The notes below the pieces were generated by a model that was given only the letters and a program-made list of their open reading frames with translations, did not search any database and was not told the origin of the DNA. This document shows, piece after piece, positions 12,388 to 23,800 of a stretch of 64,000 nt of DNA. Origin of the DNA: Macrostomum lignano (lineage: Eukaryota); contig NIVC01001079.1 of the NCBI GenBank assembly GCA_002269645.1, positions 124,001-188,000 of the forward strand, read 5' to 3'. The position numbers were made by a program, and so were the translations under genes. Positions within the stretch are counted from its first letter, which is position 1. Every line of letters starts with the position of its first letter.

Positions 12388-13105
12388 TTAGGCATTGGTC
12401 TCGCTGCCTGGGCCACTGCGCACTCCAAAAGCTGCACGCAGCATTGCCGCATATGCAGCGTCCAGCTGCCTCTCCAAGGCATCCATCAGGGTCCAAGTCT
12501 CAGCGTTGTACAACAGGACAGTCTCAACGACTACCTGAAACAGCCAAGCCTTGAGCCTGTCATCCAGGGCCTCAGATTGGAGCACGGAGCGCACAGATCG
12601 AAATGCGGCCCAGGCCAGTCCTTATCGTCTTTTCAGGTTGTTGGCAACGTCCGGCACGAAACCACTGAGGTACACAAAGCGCTCGCAGCGGGTAAGCATA
12701 AATGCATTCCCGGCAGCATCTTGGTAATTATCTCGGCCGGCAAGTCGGAGGGCACTGTGAACACTACCGTCTTCCGCGCGTTTAGCTTAAGGCTGACCCG
12801 CGACGCTGCCGCCATCAGGCCATCAAGCAGCCGCTGGGCACCTTCAGCCGTCGATGAAAGTAGCGCGAGGTCGTCCGCGTAGCCGAGAATGGAGAGCCGC
12901 TTCTCCGGGTGCCGCCGACTTGTGCGTCTTCTCAAAAGGAAGCCGTCATCCAGGTTGGGCAGGCCAGTTCTCAGCACCCAGTCCAGTGCCAGCACAAACA
13001 GAAAAAGTGCCAAAGTGTCACCCTGCAGCACGCCTGACGACATGCTGAATTGGTCTGACAGTCCATCTGGCGTCATCACCGAAGCAGTCGTGTCCTGGTA
13101 CATTG
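12388..13105 (-). mobile_element. Degraded, truncated RTE-clade non-LTR retrotransposon RT fragment
   Basis: GVLQGDTLALFLF, LGYADDLALL, LKLNARKT, then LLYNAETWTL. One frameshift and an in-frame TAA (KRR*GLAWAAF) near 12620-12690. Confidence 0.88.
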
Positions 13106-13282
13106 TATAGTATATACATAAGCTATTGAAACACAAGGATTTTGAACCCAAGGAATTCTATTATTCCTTGACTTACTTGACTTAGCTGCAGGGGGCGTCC
13201 GGCGGATGCAGCGAGGAGGCGGAGGAGACTGCCCATTCTGCTAGCCCCTGGCGACCAACGACTTCCATTGAAGTGGTGTCGC

Positions 13283-16200
13283 TCAGGGGGACCCGTCGGT
13301 CTCGCCTGCAGCGCGGTCCTCCTCACCGACGGTGGGGAAGAAATCAGCTCGTCCGGTGTTCCTGAGGTACTGGGCGAGCAGCGGGATGCTCTCGGGCCTG
13401 CAAACATCGGAGAGAACCGGGTTTGGCCCGAGGTGAGTAAGCCTAGCCCTGGTGAAAACCGGGCAGTGGCAGATAAAATGCTCGGCGTTTTCACTGCCTG
13501 AGTGGCAGAAGGGGCACCGCTCCTTGGGTACTTGGCCCTGAAGGAAGCGGTGGCGAGAGAAGCAGCCATGCCCGGAGAGGGCCATGCTAACTGCTCTGAG
13601 GTCTCTGCGGTTGAGCCTGAGGAGGGCTCTACGCAGGAGAGGAGAGGGACAAGGGACGGCAGCCCGGGATTGCCTACAATTCTGGGTGTCGTGCCACCTG
13701 CGGAGATGCTCGGAGTCAGCCCAGCGCTTAACGCGGGAATTGATCACCAAGGCGGGGATGGGGGCACCCGGGCCCGGCCCCAATAGCGCGCCGGCGGAGC
13801 CAGCCTTGCCCAGCAGGTCAGCGCGCTCGTTGCCAAGGAAGCCGGCGTGGCCCGGGATCCATCTGAGCTCCACCTGGTTGCCTAGCGCAAGCCTGTTGAG
13901 CTGGGTGTTGCAGTCCAGGATGGACCTGGAGCTGGCGGTGCTGCGGCAGAGGGCCCAAAGGGCTGCTTGGCTGTCAGAGTGAAAAATAAATTTCCGGCCG
14001 CTAAGCTGCCTTCGGCGCAGCTCTGCCGCGCAGGAGCTGATGGCAAGCACCTCGCTCTGAAAAACACTGGAGTTGAGCCCAGTGTGCTGGGAGTAGCTCC
14101 ACACCACTTCTCCCTTGAAGAAGACACAAGCTCCGAAGCCTGAAAGACCATGCCTCATAGAGCCATCAGTGTAACAGTGGACTTCAGAGTCGCTCCAGCT
14201 GTCACTCGCCTTGTGTCGAGGCTGAATGGTGACCTTATACCTTTGGCTCAGGAGAAGGGTGGCTGGGATCGAGTCCGTGAGGATGTTGAGCCCGCCACAC
14301 TCCTCGAGAGCCTTGAGGCAGAGGTCAGAGTGCGGGATAAGCGACCGCTTCTTAAAGGCCCGCACTTTCTTGAAGGCCACCCCAGCATCCAGAAGACGCC
14401 GGGTGCCCTTCGCCGCCTCTCCTTTGATATAAATATCCAAAGGAGGGGCACAGAGGAAGGCATTCATGCCTTCAAAAGGAGTAGAGGGTGGAGCGCCCAT
14501 AGTCATGCGGCAGGCTCTGCCCTGGATTTTGTAGAGAGCGTCAAGGTTGCTCTTGACGCTCAGGCCGCTAGCCCACACGAGGCTGGCGTAACTGATCGAG
14601 GGGCGGATGATGGCAGTGTAAATCCACCACAGCTTCCTGGGGGTGAGCCCCCAGGTGGTGCCCACGGCGCGCCTGATCTGAGCCAGTACAGCCAGGGCTT
14701 TTTTGGCTTTAGTTTGAATGTGCGGAGTCCAGTTAAGCCTGTGGTCCAGAGTGAGGCCCAGGCAGCGGACCTGCTTCTCCATGGAAATATTCTTTCCATA
14801 GAGGGTGAGGGGCTTAATGGTCTAGAGCAGTTTGTTGGTAAACATGACTACTGTGGTTTTCGACTCTGAGAGTCTAAGGCCACATTGGTCTGCCCAACGC
14901 TCCGCTCGTCCCAGAAAGCCCTGCAGAAGGTCTCTGATGGTATCAACCGAGGGGCCCGCGCATATCGCGGTCACATCATCGGCATAGCCCACCTTGAGAA
15001 TGGGGTCGTGGAGATCACTGCAAAGCAACTCAGCCATGACCATGTTCCAGAGAATGGGGGTGAGAATGCCCCTGGGGGCCCCCTTTCAGGACAGGCACCG
15101 AAAGAGAGCTGCCGCTCAGGTGGGCCACAACAGTGCGGTTTTGGATCATGAACATGATCCACCGGACAAGGTGAGGGTGCGTGGCCCTGGATTCCAGGGC
15201 TCTGCAAAAGGCCTCGAAGATGACGTTGTCGAAGGCCCCGTCAATGTCCAGGAAAAGCGAGAGGGCAAAGCTGCTGCCAAGAACGGCCCTCTCCAGGAAG
15301 TCAACAATGACATGGAGAGCACTCTCGGTTGACCTGCCCGCGCGGAAGGCGTGCTGGTTCTGCGAGAGTGGGAAGCGCTTCAGCTCGACCGAAAGTAGGC
15401 GCCAAAGCACCAGTCTCTCGAGGAGCTTGAGGCAGAAAGAAGTGAGGCTGATAGGCCTGAAGGCCTTCACCGATTGGTAGTCGCTCTTTCCAGGCTTGGG
15501 GATAAAGACCACCCGGGCCTCTCTCCATGCAACTGGTACATAGCCCAGCTCCATACAAGCTCGAAGGAGACGACAGAGCAGGTCCAGGAAGCGGTGGTTT
15601 TTCACCGCCTCGTGCAAGAACGCTGGGTAGATGCCGTCGGGCCCAGGTGCTTTGAATGGGTTAAAGGACCTTGCTGCTCTAATAATGCGGTCTTTGGTGA
15701 TCATAGACTTTGCTAGGCCTTGCCCTCCCACTGTGTGGTCAGGCGGGCCCTGCTGAGTCGGAGATTTAGGGAAAAAACTGTTGAGCATGAGCTCTAGAGT
15801 CTCTTCCGAACTCTCTGTGACCAAGCCGTCAGGTCTCTTCACAACAGAGAGTTTAGAAAAACGGTCATTAGTGAGTGCCTTAACCACGCGGGCTATGGGG
15901 CGAGAGCCCTCAAGCCCTTCGCAATATTGGCGCCACTTGGCCGTCTTGGCCCTTCTGACTTGCCCTTAAACTTGTGGATCGCACGGGTATAGGCCTCTCT
16001 GTCAGATGGGTCTTTGGTTTTGAGCGCTCGCCTTTGGAGGGTCCTGGCTCGGCGCCGAAGGGCCCCGAGCTCTGGGTTCCACCAGGGAGCAGATTTCTTG
16101 CCTTTATAGGCCTTTAGGGGCAGGCTGCTTCAAAGGCAGTGGTGATCGCCCCGCCCAGGGAGGAGGCGAGATCGTCCACCACCTGGCAGTCAGAGAGGTC

Positions 16201-16986
16201 ACTGGGGGGGGGGTCAAGATCCCGAAGGCCGCGGCTCAGCTTTGAGCCAAAGGCGGCCCAATCGGTGTTCCTGACGTTCCGACTCCAAGTGACCTTAGGC
16301 TTTTGCTTGGTCGGCCCAATGCAAAAGCGGATAAAGCGGTGGTCCGAGAGCGAGTCCTTGTCCCATACTCGCCAGCCCGTAACTGCGGAAAGCAGTCCGG
16401 GTGAGGCGATGGTGGTGTCAATGACTTCGGCCCACCGCCCATTATTGAACGTTGGTGCATTGCCCACGTTACAGAAGTTGAGGTTAGTGCTGCTGACATA
16501 GGCCAGCAGCTCCTCGCCTCTGCTATTGATGTTCTTGCTGCCCCAATGCAGGTGGTGTGCGTTCACATCCCCTGCAATGAGCAGCTCGAACCGATGGGAC
16601 GCAGCATAGTCAGTAAGGTTGACTAACGCGTCGCAGACAACTGGGGCATCGCCCGGGAAATAGGCAGAAGCTACCAGCACAGGTTTATTGGGAATGAGGT
16701 TATTGATTTGAACAACACAGATGTCCCCAGTCGAGAGATCAGGTCTCATCCATGCCTCAAAAGCTTTTGCAGCAAAGACCAGAGATCTTGGGCGAGGCTG
16801 AGAGCCCGCCATGCAAAAACAGTGGTAGCCAGATGGCACATTATTTGGCTTACCTTTAGTCATCCAGGGCTCCTGTACGAAGACCAGGCCCAGAAGCTGT
16901 TGCTCTGCCGTGCGCATCAGGTTGACCGACGCCGCCACGCAGTGCTGGGTGTTGATCTGCAGACACCAGGTAGTCGCTGGCATCAT
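13283..16986 (-). pseudogene. LINE ORF2: AP endonuclease, reverse transcriptase, RNase H, C-terminal CCHC; interrupted by 3 indels and 1 stop as assembled
   Basis: APE: VQEPW, SAYFP, GDVNAHH, SDHRFI. RT: KAPGPDGI, FRPISL, FLDIDGAFD, PQG, YADD. Loa-like WGLTPRKLWWIYTAIIRP. RNase H: YTDGS, QSEVLAI, HSDSQA, WIPGH, NERAD. Knuckle: CPFC...AEHFICHC. Confidence 0.93.
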
Positions 16987-18503
16987 TGCAGATCGGATGT
17001 TGCAGCCGCCAGGAGTTCCTCCTCCTCCTCAGCGCTCACCGGCTTCGGGTCGGGGTCGCCGGTGTCCATGGGCTCTTCTTCAGCAAAAGGCCCCCGATTG
17101 GCCGGAAGGCAGTAGGCAGCTTTCGCCGCCCTTTGCCCACCATCCATGGGGTCCTCCGCCTCAGATTGGCCCAATGCCCTGGAGCAGCCAGCCGCCTGGG
17201 CAGGCGGGTCTGTCTCCAGTTGGCCCTGCCCCAAGGGGTTGGGCCCAGCTGGGACGTCCCCACCCTCCCTGGACGAACTGGTACGCCTAGGCGTCCCGGC
17301 GACCTCTTGCCTCAGCTGGGTGATTTTGGCGGTACGGACTGCCTCAGCTGCAAGCTGGTACAGGCCGCGCCGCTTGGTGCTGCGCGCCGGGTGTCGGTCG
17401 TGCCGGGCGTCGGTCGCCTCCGCCCTCAGCAGTGCGCTCAGCTTTGCCCACGCGGCCGTGCTGCCGGGCAGGGCGGTTTGCTTTGGCAGTCTGAGCAGAG
17501 GCTTGCGCCTCGGCCCCGGCCGCCTCCGCATCCCGCCCGCCCTGCTCACTGCCACGGGGAGGGTCGGCCTCGTAGGAGCAGATGCGCCTCGTATGAAGTT
17601 GCCATGTGGATAACGCCTCATCCAGGCGTCCGACAGCCCCAGGATGGCTGTGAAGCCAGTGCCGTCGGTGCGCTTAAGGGTGTCATGCACCACTAGGCCC
17701 GCGGCGGGAAGCTCCCGGTTGACTGCTAGCAGTCCTTTCCGAAGCTCGTCAGCAGAGGTAACAACGCTCCTGGCTGGGACCCAGATTCGATGCCTCTTGG
17801 TCCGGGGGCGCTCGTCCTCTCTGCAGAAGGCTAGGTTGAGGTCCCAGCTCTGCTCGGGCAGCAGCTCAAGGAGCCGCCGACCCGAGTCAGCATCACTGGG
17901 CCAAATGAGAAGGCACGAGTCCCTCGTCGCATTCGAATGAATGTTCAGAGGCGTGCCCTTCAGAGTTTGCTTCCACAGGAGGCCATCAACGGCACTTCTG
18001 ACCTGCTTCAGCTGATCGGGAGACAGGCGCGCGTCCTTTCCCAGGATGACAACCGCCGGTTGCCTCTTTGCCGCATCAGCGTAGGAGGCCCGGGGGTCAG
18101 TGGAGCTTTCTTCAGGTGGGCTGTCCACCCTCCCGGCTGCATCGGCCTCCCTATCCTGGGCAGGGGCTTCTGTGGGCTCGAGGCCCTCTTCCGCCACCGC
18201 CCCAGACTGGGAAGCTTCCGCTGCCGCGGGCCGTTGGCCCCTGGCACCGGTTTGGCTTCCGCCCTCCTTGGCCCGCCTCGCCTTGTTAAGTCGACGGCGG
18301 GCAGCTCCAGAGGTGGTGCTGCATTTCTTAGCAGCTGGAGTAGCAGGTGTCTTCTCGGAGGCACCGCTCAGAGTTGGCTCCACGGGTCTCGCCGAGGCGT
18401 CCCCGATGGTAGCAGGTGGTATGGCCGAGGAGTCCATGGCCCCAGCCGAGGCCGGAGGCACTATGTCATCCACAGCCGGTTTGTTACTTCGGTTAGAAGC
18501 CAT
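16983..18503 (-). CDS. LINE ORF1 (gag-like, basic/low-complexity N-terminus, central region resembling DUF4780; no CCHC knuckle seen)
   Basis: First likely ATG at 18503 (MASNRSNK), within the called ORF 16983-18623. SYADAAKR followed by a structured region (...IWPSDADSG...HRIWVPA...LLAVNRELP...). Its TGA overlaps the ORF2 ATG. The DUF4780 resemblance is from memory. Confidence 0.75.
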   Translation of the reverse strand: MASNRSNKPAVDDIVPPASAGAMDSSAIPPATIGDASARPVEPTLSGASEKTPATPAAKKCSTTSGAARRRLNKARRAKEGGSQTGARGQRPAAAEASQSGAVAEEGLEPTEAPAQDREADAAGRVDSPPEESSTDPRASYADAAKRQPAVVILGKDARLSPDQLKQVRSAVDGLLWKQTLKGTPLNIHSNATRDSCLLIWPSDADSGRRLLELLPEQSWDLNLAFCREDERPRTKRHRIWVPARSVVTSADELRKGLLAVNRELPAAGLVVHDTLKRTDGTGFTAILGLSDAWMRRYPHGNFIRGASAPTRPTLPVAVSRAGGMRRRPGPRRKPLLRLPKQTALPGSTAAWAKLSALLRAEATDARHDRHPARSTKRRGLYQLAAEAVRTAKITQLRQEVAGTPRRTSSSREGGDVPAGPNPLGQGQLETDPPAQAAGCSRALGQSEAEDPMDGGQRAAKAAYCLPANRGPFAEEEPMDTGDPDPKPVSAEEEEELLAAATSDLQ

Positions 18504-19229
18504 TGGCTGGAAGTAAAAAGGTGGGACTTCCTGCAGAACACAGGCAGAGAGCCGCAAGGCCGCAACCCCAAACCAAGCGGCAGGCCCCCAAAAAGCAAAA
18601 TACCACCCTGCGGGGGGACCCAAAAGCGCAAGGGGAACCGTTAGCGACCAGACTACTCCCTGGCCAAGCGTCCATCAGCACAGAGTTACACTGGGACATT
18701 AGAGGGTGCATTTATGGTCACACCAGGACCCGGCGCCAACGAATCAGCTCGGCAGGGCCCAAGGGGGCCTGCCTTAACACCCACGGGACGAGTACCCTTC
18801 GAAGTACGCCTTGCAAGGTGAAAATCAGGAGACAGAGTCTCTTGAGCTATCAGCCCGCCAGGGGAGGCAGGTGTGAGCATCGCTGGCTGGGATAAAGGCC
18901 ATACCAGTCTCATACTGCACAGATAGTTCACCACGCCATTATGTGCAGGACCCGGGGTCCTGGGGGCAACAGCCCCGGCTTCTATTATTCCAATACCTGG
19001 AACTATTTTTGCATGTATTCTGAAATCTAAAGCCATAATCAAACAAAAACTTGTTCATAGTTTGTAGGATAGAGGTAATCATGTATTTGAGGCAAGCAAT
19101 GATATTGTTGGCTAGGTTGCTATGCAGAATGTCAGGCAATGTCTGTCTGACTCTAAAACATGTATTGGCAAACTTTGGTCTCTGCCTCTGACTCTTCCTA
19201 ACTCCCTTGGATCCCTTGAAACTTCTATC

Positions 19230-19248
19230 TTCTCTTCAGTTTCCTCTC

Positions 19249-19306
<58 letters not shown>

Positions 19307-19790
19307 TTCTTTCCCATCTCTCCCTCACTCACTTCTCTCTCTCTTTGTCTCTCCTCTTCTCTCTGTACTCTCCTCTGTTCTCTCTACTCTCCCATCACCT
19401 CGTGTGTTCACTCTCATCTCTGCTCTCTCATCTCCCTCTTTCATTTGTCATTCTCTTACCTCTCTTCTCTGTACTCTTTTTCTTTCCCCTCTTTTAACTC
19501 CTCAATTTCCTTTCTCCTTTATTCTCTTCTCTTCTCTTCCCTCTTCTATACTGTCTACTTCTCTTGTCTTCTCTCTTCTCTCTCTACTCTCCTCTCTCCT
19601 CCTTTGTCTCTCATCTCTATGAGATGTAGAGATGTATCTTTATCTCTTCTCTTTTCCCTTTACTCTCTCATCTTTACTTTCATCTTTTTCCTCTCTCCTC
19701 ATCTCTCACCTCTCTCCTATTATCTTTTATCTTTTCTCTTACCTTCTCTTGCCTTTCTTCTTCTATTCCTTCTTCTTTCCACTCTTATCT
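19230..19790. repeat. (CT)n microsatellite and pyrimidine-rich low-complexity tract
   Basis: Pure (CT)n at ~19252-19302, degenerate on both sides. Confidence 0.9.
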
Positions 19791-20847
19791 GTCCCCGAGC
19801 CATGAGCCATGAGCTGATAGCCCTCATATTTCTTCTGTTACTTTAAATAAGCAGCATAGCTGATTTATGATACTTTTAAGTAAGTATAAATCAATTTTTT
19901 AAATGTTCATATATGTGCAACCTCCTGATTTACTTACCATGCAACTTACTTTTTGATTAAAAATATAGCTTATCTATGTCTATGAAAGAGACCCCTAAAG
20001 CAAAAATTAATGCAATTTTGGGTATATGGCAGGAGTAACTATGACTGTCTTATTAGGGTAGTGCTAAATGCTTTGTCATCTAATTATTACTAGAATTTAC
20101 TACATCTATATTCTTTCAGGTGAACATTTTTTGCAATTTACCCTTAGTTGTACCACAATTTACAGTGGCCAGGTTGGTCAGCAGTTGCGCATGTATGACA
20201 ATTTTTATCCAACTTTGTACAATATATCCTATTCAATTTATATTGTGTTTTTTGTCAGTAGTATGCTAAAGCAATTTTAAATTTTAGATATGAATAATCA
20301 AATTTTTTTAAATTATGTTTCATTTAGCTAGTTTAATAATTTTTCTTGTTTTTTAAAGTTTTAAAATGACTTTAAAACTTTTTTATAGGAGTTGAAAAAA
20401 GCATCAATCTCTAGTTCTAAAAATAAAAAAAGTCAATAATATACAAGCTGTACTTTATAATGATTTCTAAACATCAATGCTAAATGGTAAACTGTAATTT
20501 TTTCTAATTTACATTTCTTTAAATTGACTATTTTTTTATATTTATTTTCAATTAAATTTACACCTAAACATAGGGAAAGTAAATCATATTTACTTTATGA
20601 CTAAAGTTACACTTTGGTTCATGATTTTGGTTCAGGATTTGCTAAACTAAAGAATAAAGACTATTATAGATTATAAAATTTATCATAAATCTAGTAATAT
20701 ACTTTTTCAACCTTGAATTTGACAGAAGTAACTTCAATTTGGCTAGGTATATCTATTTTATCCTACCACATATTCCATTATCATCAACATTTAAAGGAAA
20801 TTTATTAGCTATGGATATGTTATCACCATTCCAGCAACAGGCCAGCC

Positions 20848-23800
20848 ATGTCTGCAACTACAGATTCTAATAGCCGTCATCAGAGCCAGCAACAGACGCA
20901 GCAGCATAATCGCACCGAAGGCTTTGGCAATATGGTCCGCCCATTAGAGCATGTGAGGCTGGGTAAGGATGCATTCACTGCTGTGCCCATGGAGATGGTG
21001 CGGCAGCTGGGCGTCGATCATCAGGTGCTGGTGCAGGCGGCGCCTTCGCTTTCATCACAGAATAAATCAGCTCTGTGCCGGCCATTGTCTGTCACTCGGT
21101 GCCTTCAGGCTGAGCCCATTGTCTCTGATGTTGATACTCAGGTAGGAAAGATCTCTGCCAAGTGTCCAATGAATAGGTTTTGGGCAAAAATTTATGGCTG
21201 TTATTTTTATAGATTTTCGAAGTACCTGAACTGACACTAGAACTAGCTTAACTGAGAACTGACACTAGGTCTAGCTGAACTGACACTAGGGCTAACTGAA
21301 CTGACACTAGGGCTAACTGAACTGACACTAGAGCTAACTGAACTGACACTAGAGCTAACTGAACTGACACTAGAGCTAATTGAACTGACACTAGGGCTGG
21401 TTGAACTGACACTAGAGCTAACTGAACTGACACTAGAGCTAACTGAACTGACACTAGAGCTAACTGAACTGACACTAGAGCTAACTGAACTGACACTAGA
21501 GCTAGTTAACTGACACTAGGGCTAGCTGAACTGACACTAGAGCTAGCTGAACTGACACTAGAGCTAGCTGAACTGACACTAGAGCTAGCTGAACTGACAC
21601 TAGAGCTAGCTGAACAGACACTAGAGCTAAATGAACTGAGAACTGACACTAGAGCTAGCTGAACTGACACTAGAGCTAGCTGAACAGACACTAGAGCTAA
21701 ATGAACTGAGAACTGACACTAGAGCTAGCTGAACTGACACTAGGGCTAACTGAACTGACACTATGGCTAACTGAACTGACACTAGGGCTAGCTGAACTGA
21801 CACTAGAGCTAGTTGAACTGACACTAGGGCTAACTGAACTGACACTAGGGCTAACTGAACTGACACTAGGGCTAGCTGAACTGACACTAGAGCTAGCTGA
21901 ACTGACACTAGAGCTAGCTGAACTGACACTAGAGCTAGCTGAACTGACACTAGAGCTAACTGAACTGAGAACTGACACTAGAACTAACTGAACTGACACT
22001 AGAGCTAGTTGAACAGACACTAGAGCTAGCTGAACTGACACTAGAGCTAGCTGAACTGACACTAGAGCTAACTGAACTGACACTAGGGCTAGCTGAACTG
22101 ACACTAGGGCTAGCTGAACTGACACTAGGGCTAGCTGAACTGACACTAGAGCTAACTGAACTGACACTAGAGCTAACTGAACTGACACTAGGGCTAACTG
22201 AACTGACACTAGGGCTAACTGAACTGACACTAGGGCTAACTGAACTGACACTAGGGCTAACTGAACTGACACTAGAGCTAGCCTAACTGACACTAGAGCT
22301 AACTGAACTGACACTAGGGCTGGTTGAACTGACACTGGCACACAATATTCATACACCGAATACTCGCATGCAGACCACGGCCGATCCGCCCGCTGCCATA
22401 TTCGGGGACGGTCGCCAGGGCCTGCTGCCATGCCCTGTGCCAGTCTACGCCCCGGTGCCAGTCCGTTTACGCGCCCAGCCAACTCCTCGCGGCGTACCGG
22501 TGTTTATACCGGTGCCAGTACCGGTCCCGTTCCTGGTGTTGCTGGAGACGCCAGCCCAAGCGGCAGCCGTTGCCGCCGATATGGCTGCCGCATTTGGCAG
22601 CTCAGTCAAGTCGACAACCGAAACCGCTGCCGCCGCCGCCCCAGCAGCCACGGCCGACAGCAGCCTGCAGGATGTACCGATGACCGCCAACGTTGCGGCG
22701 ACTCAACAGTCAGCGGCGGCGGCGGCGGCGCGTAAACGACGCGCAGCCCAAGAGGCAACTCAACTGGTGGGTGGCTAAATGAGATTCGGTTGCTGCCCGA
22801 CTGTTGGCAGTTCTAGTGGATTAAATAATCCCCTTCGTGGGTTTTAAGCCGCATTTTAGACTTAACTCCCATGAAGATCCCTTGAAAACCCATGTAAAAT
22901 TCCCATGCTATAGATGTTTAAGAATCCCATTCTAGACTTGAGAAATCTCATCCTAGACTTGAGCAATCCCATCCTAGATTTGAGAATCCCATCCTAGATT
23001 TAAGAAATCCCATCCGAGATTTGAGCAATCCCATCCTAGATTTGAAAATACCATCTTAGATTTGAGAATCCCATTCTAGATTTGAGAATCCCATCTTAAA
23101 TTTGAGAAATACCATCCTAGATTTGATAATCCCATTCTAGATTAGAGACTCCCATCCTAGATTTAAGCAATCCCAACCTAGATTTGAGCAATCCCATCCT
23201 AGATTTAAGCAATCCCAACCTAGATTTGAGCAATCCCATCCTAGATTTAAGAATCTCATCCTAGATTTAAGAAATCCCATCCTAGATTTGAGCAGTCCCA
23301 TCCTAGATTTAAGAATCTCATCCTAGATTTAAGAAATCCCATCCTAGATTTGAGCAGTCCCATCCTAGATTTGAGCAATTTCATCCCAGATTTGAGAAAT
23401 CGCATCCTAGATTAGAGAATCCCATCCTAGATTTGAGCAATCCCAACCTAGATTTGAGCAATCCCATTCTAGATTTGAGCAATTTCATCCCAGATTTGAG
23501 AAATCCCATCCTAGATTAGAGAATCCCATCCTAGATTTGAGCAATCCCATCCTAGATTTGAGCAATCCCATCCTAGATTTGAGCAATCCCATCCTAGATT
23601 TGAGCAATCCCATCCTAGATTTGAGCAATCCCACTCTAGATTTGAGAATCCCATCCTAGATTTAAGAAATCCCATCCTAGATTAGCGAATCCCATCCTAG
23701 ATTTGAGCAATCCCATTCTAGATTTGAGCAATCCAATCCTAGATTTGAGCAATCCCATTCTAGATTTGAGAAATCCCATCCTATATATTTGAGAATCCCA

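Larger units (their letters stand above)
13168..18979 (-). mobile_element. Full-length 5.8-kb non-LTR retrotransposon, Loa/Lian-like (R1/I group)
   Basis: 12-bp TSD TTCTATTATTCC at 13156-13167 and 18980-18991. 3' tail ...TAAGTCAAGTAAGTCAA. Two ORFs; ~480-nt 5' UTR; GC-rich against AT-rich flanks. Confidence 0.93.

Noticed and set aside
13168-13240. HDV L3-like TCCTCGCT plus GCTAA in the LINE 3' UTR
   Set aside because: P1, P2, P3 and P4 pairings fail, and the position is atypical.
18600-18979. HDV-like ribozyme at the LINE 5' end (known in some Loa-clade elements)
   Set aside because: Partial helices are possible (GCCGGGG/CCCTGGC followed by GG; GTGACCA/TGGTCGC before TAA), but I could not build P1, P2, P3 and P1.1 together. 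A descriptor search (RNArobo or Infernal) would settle it.
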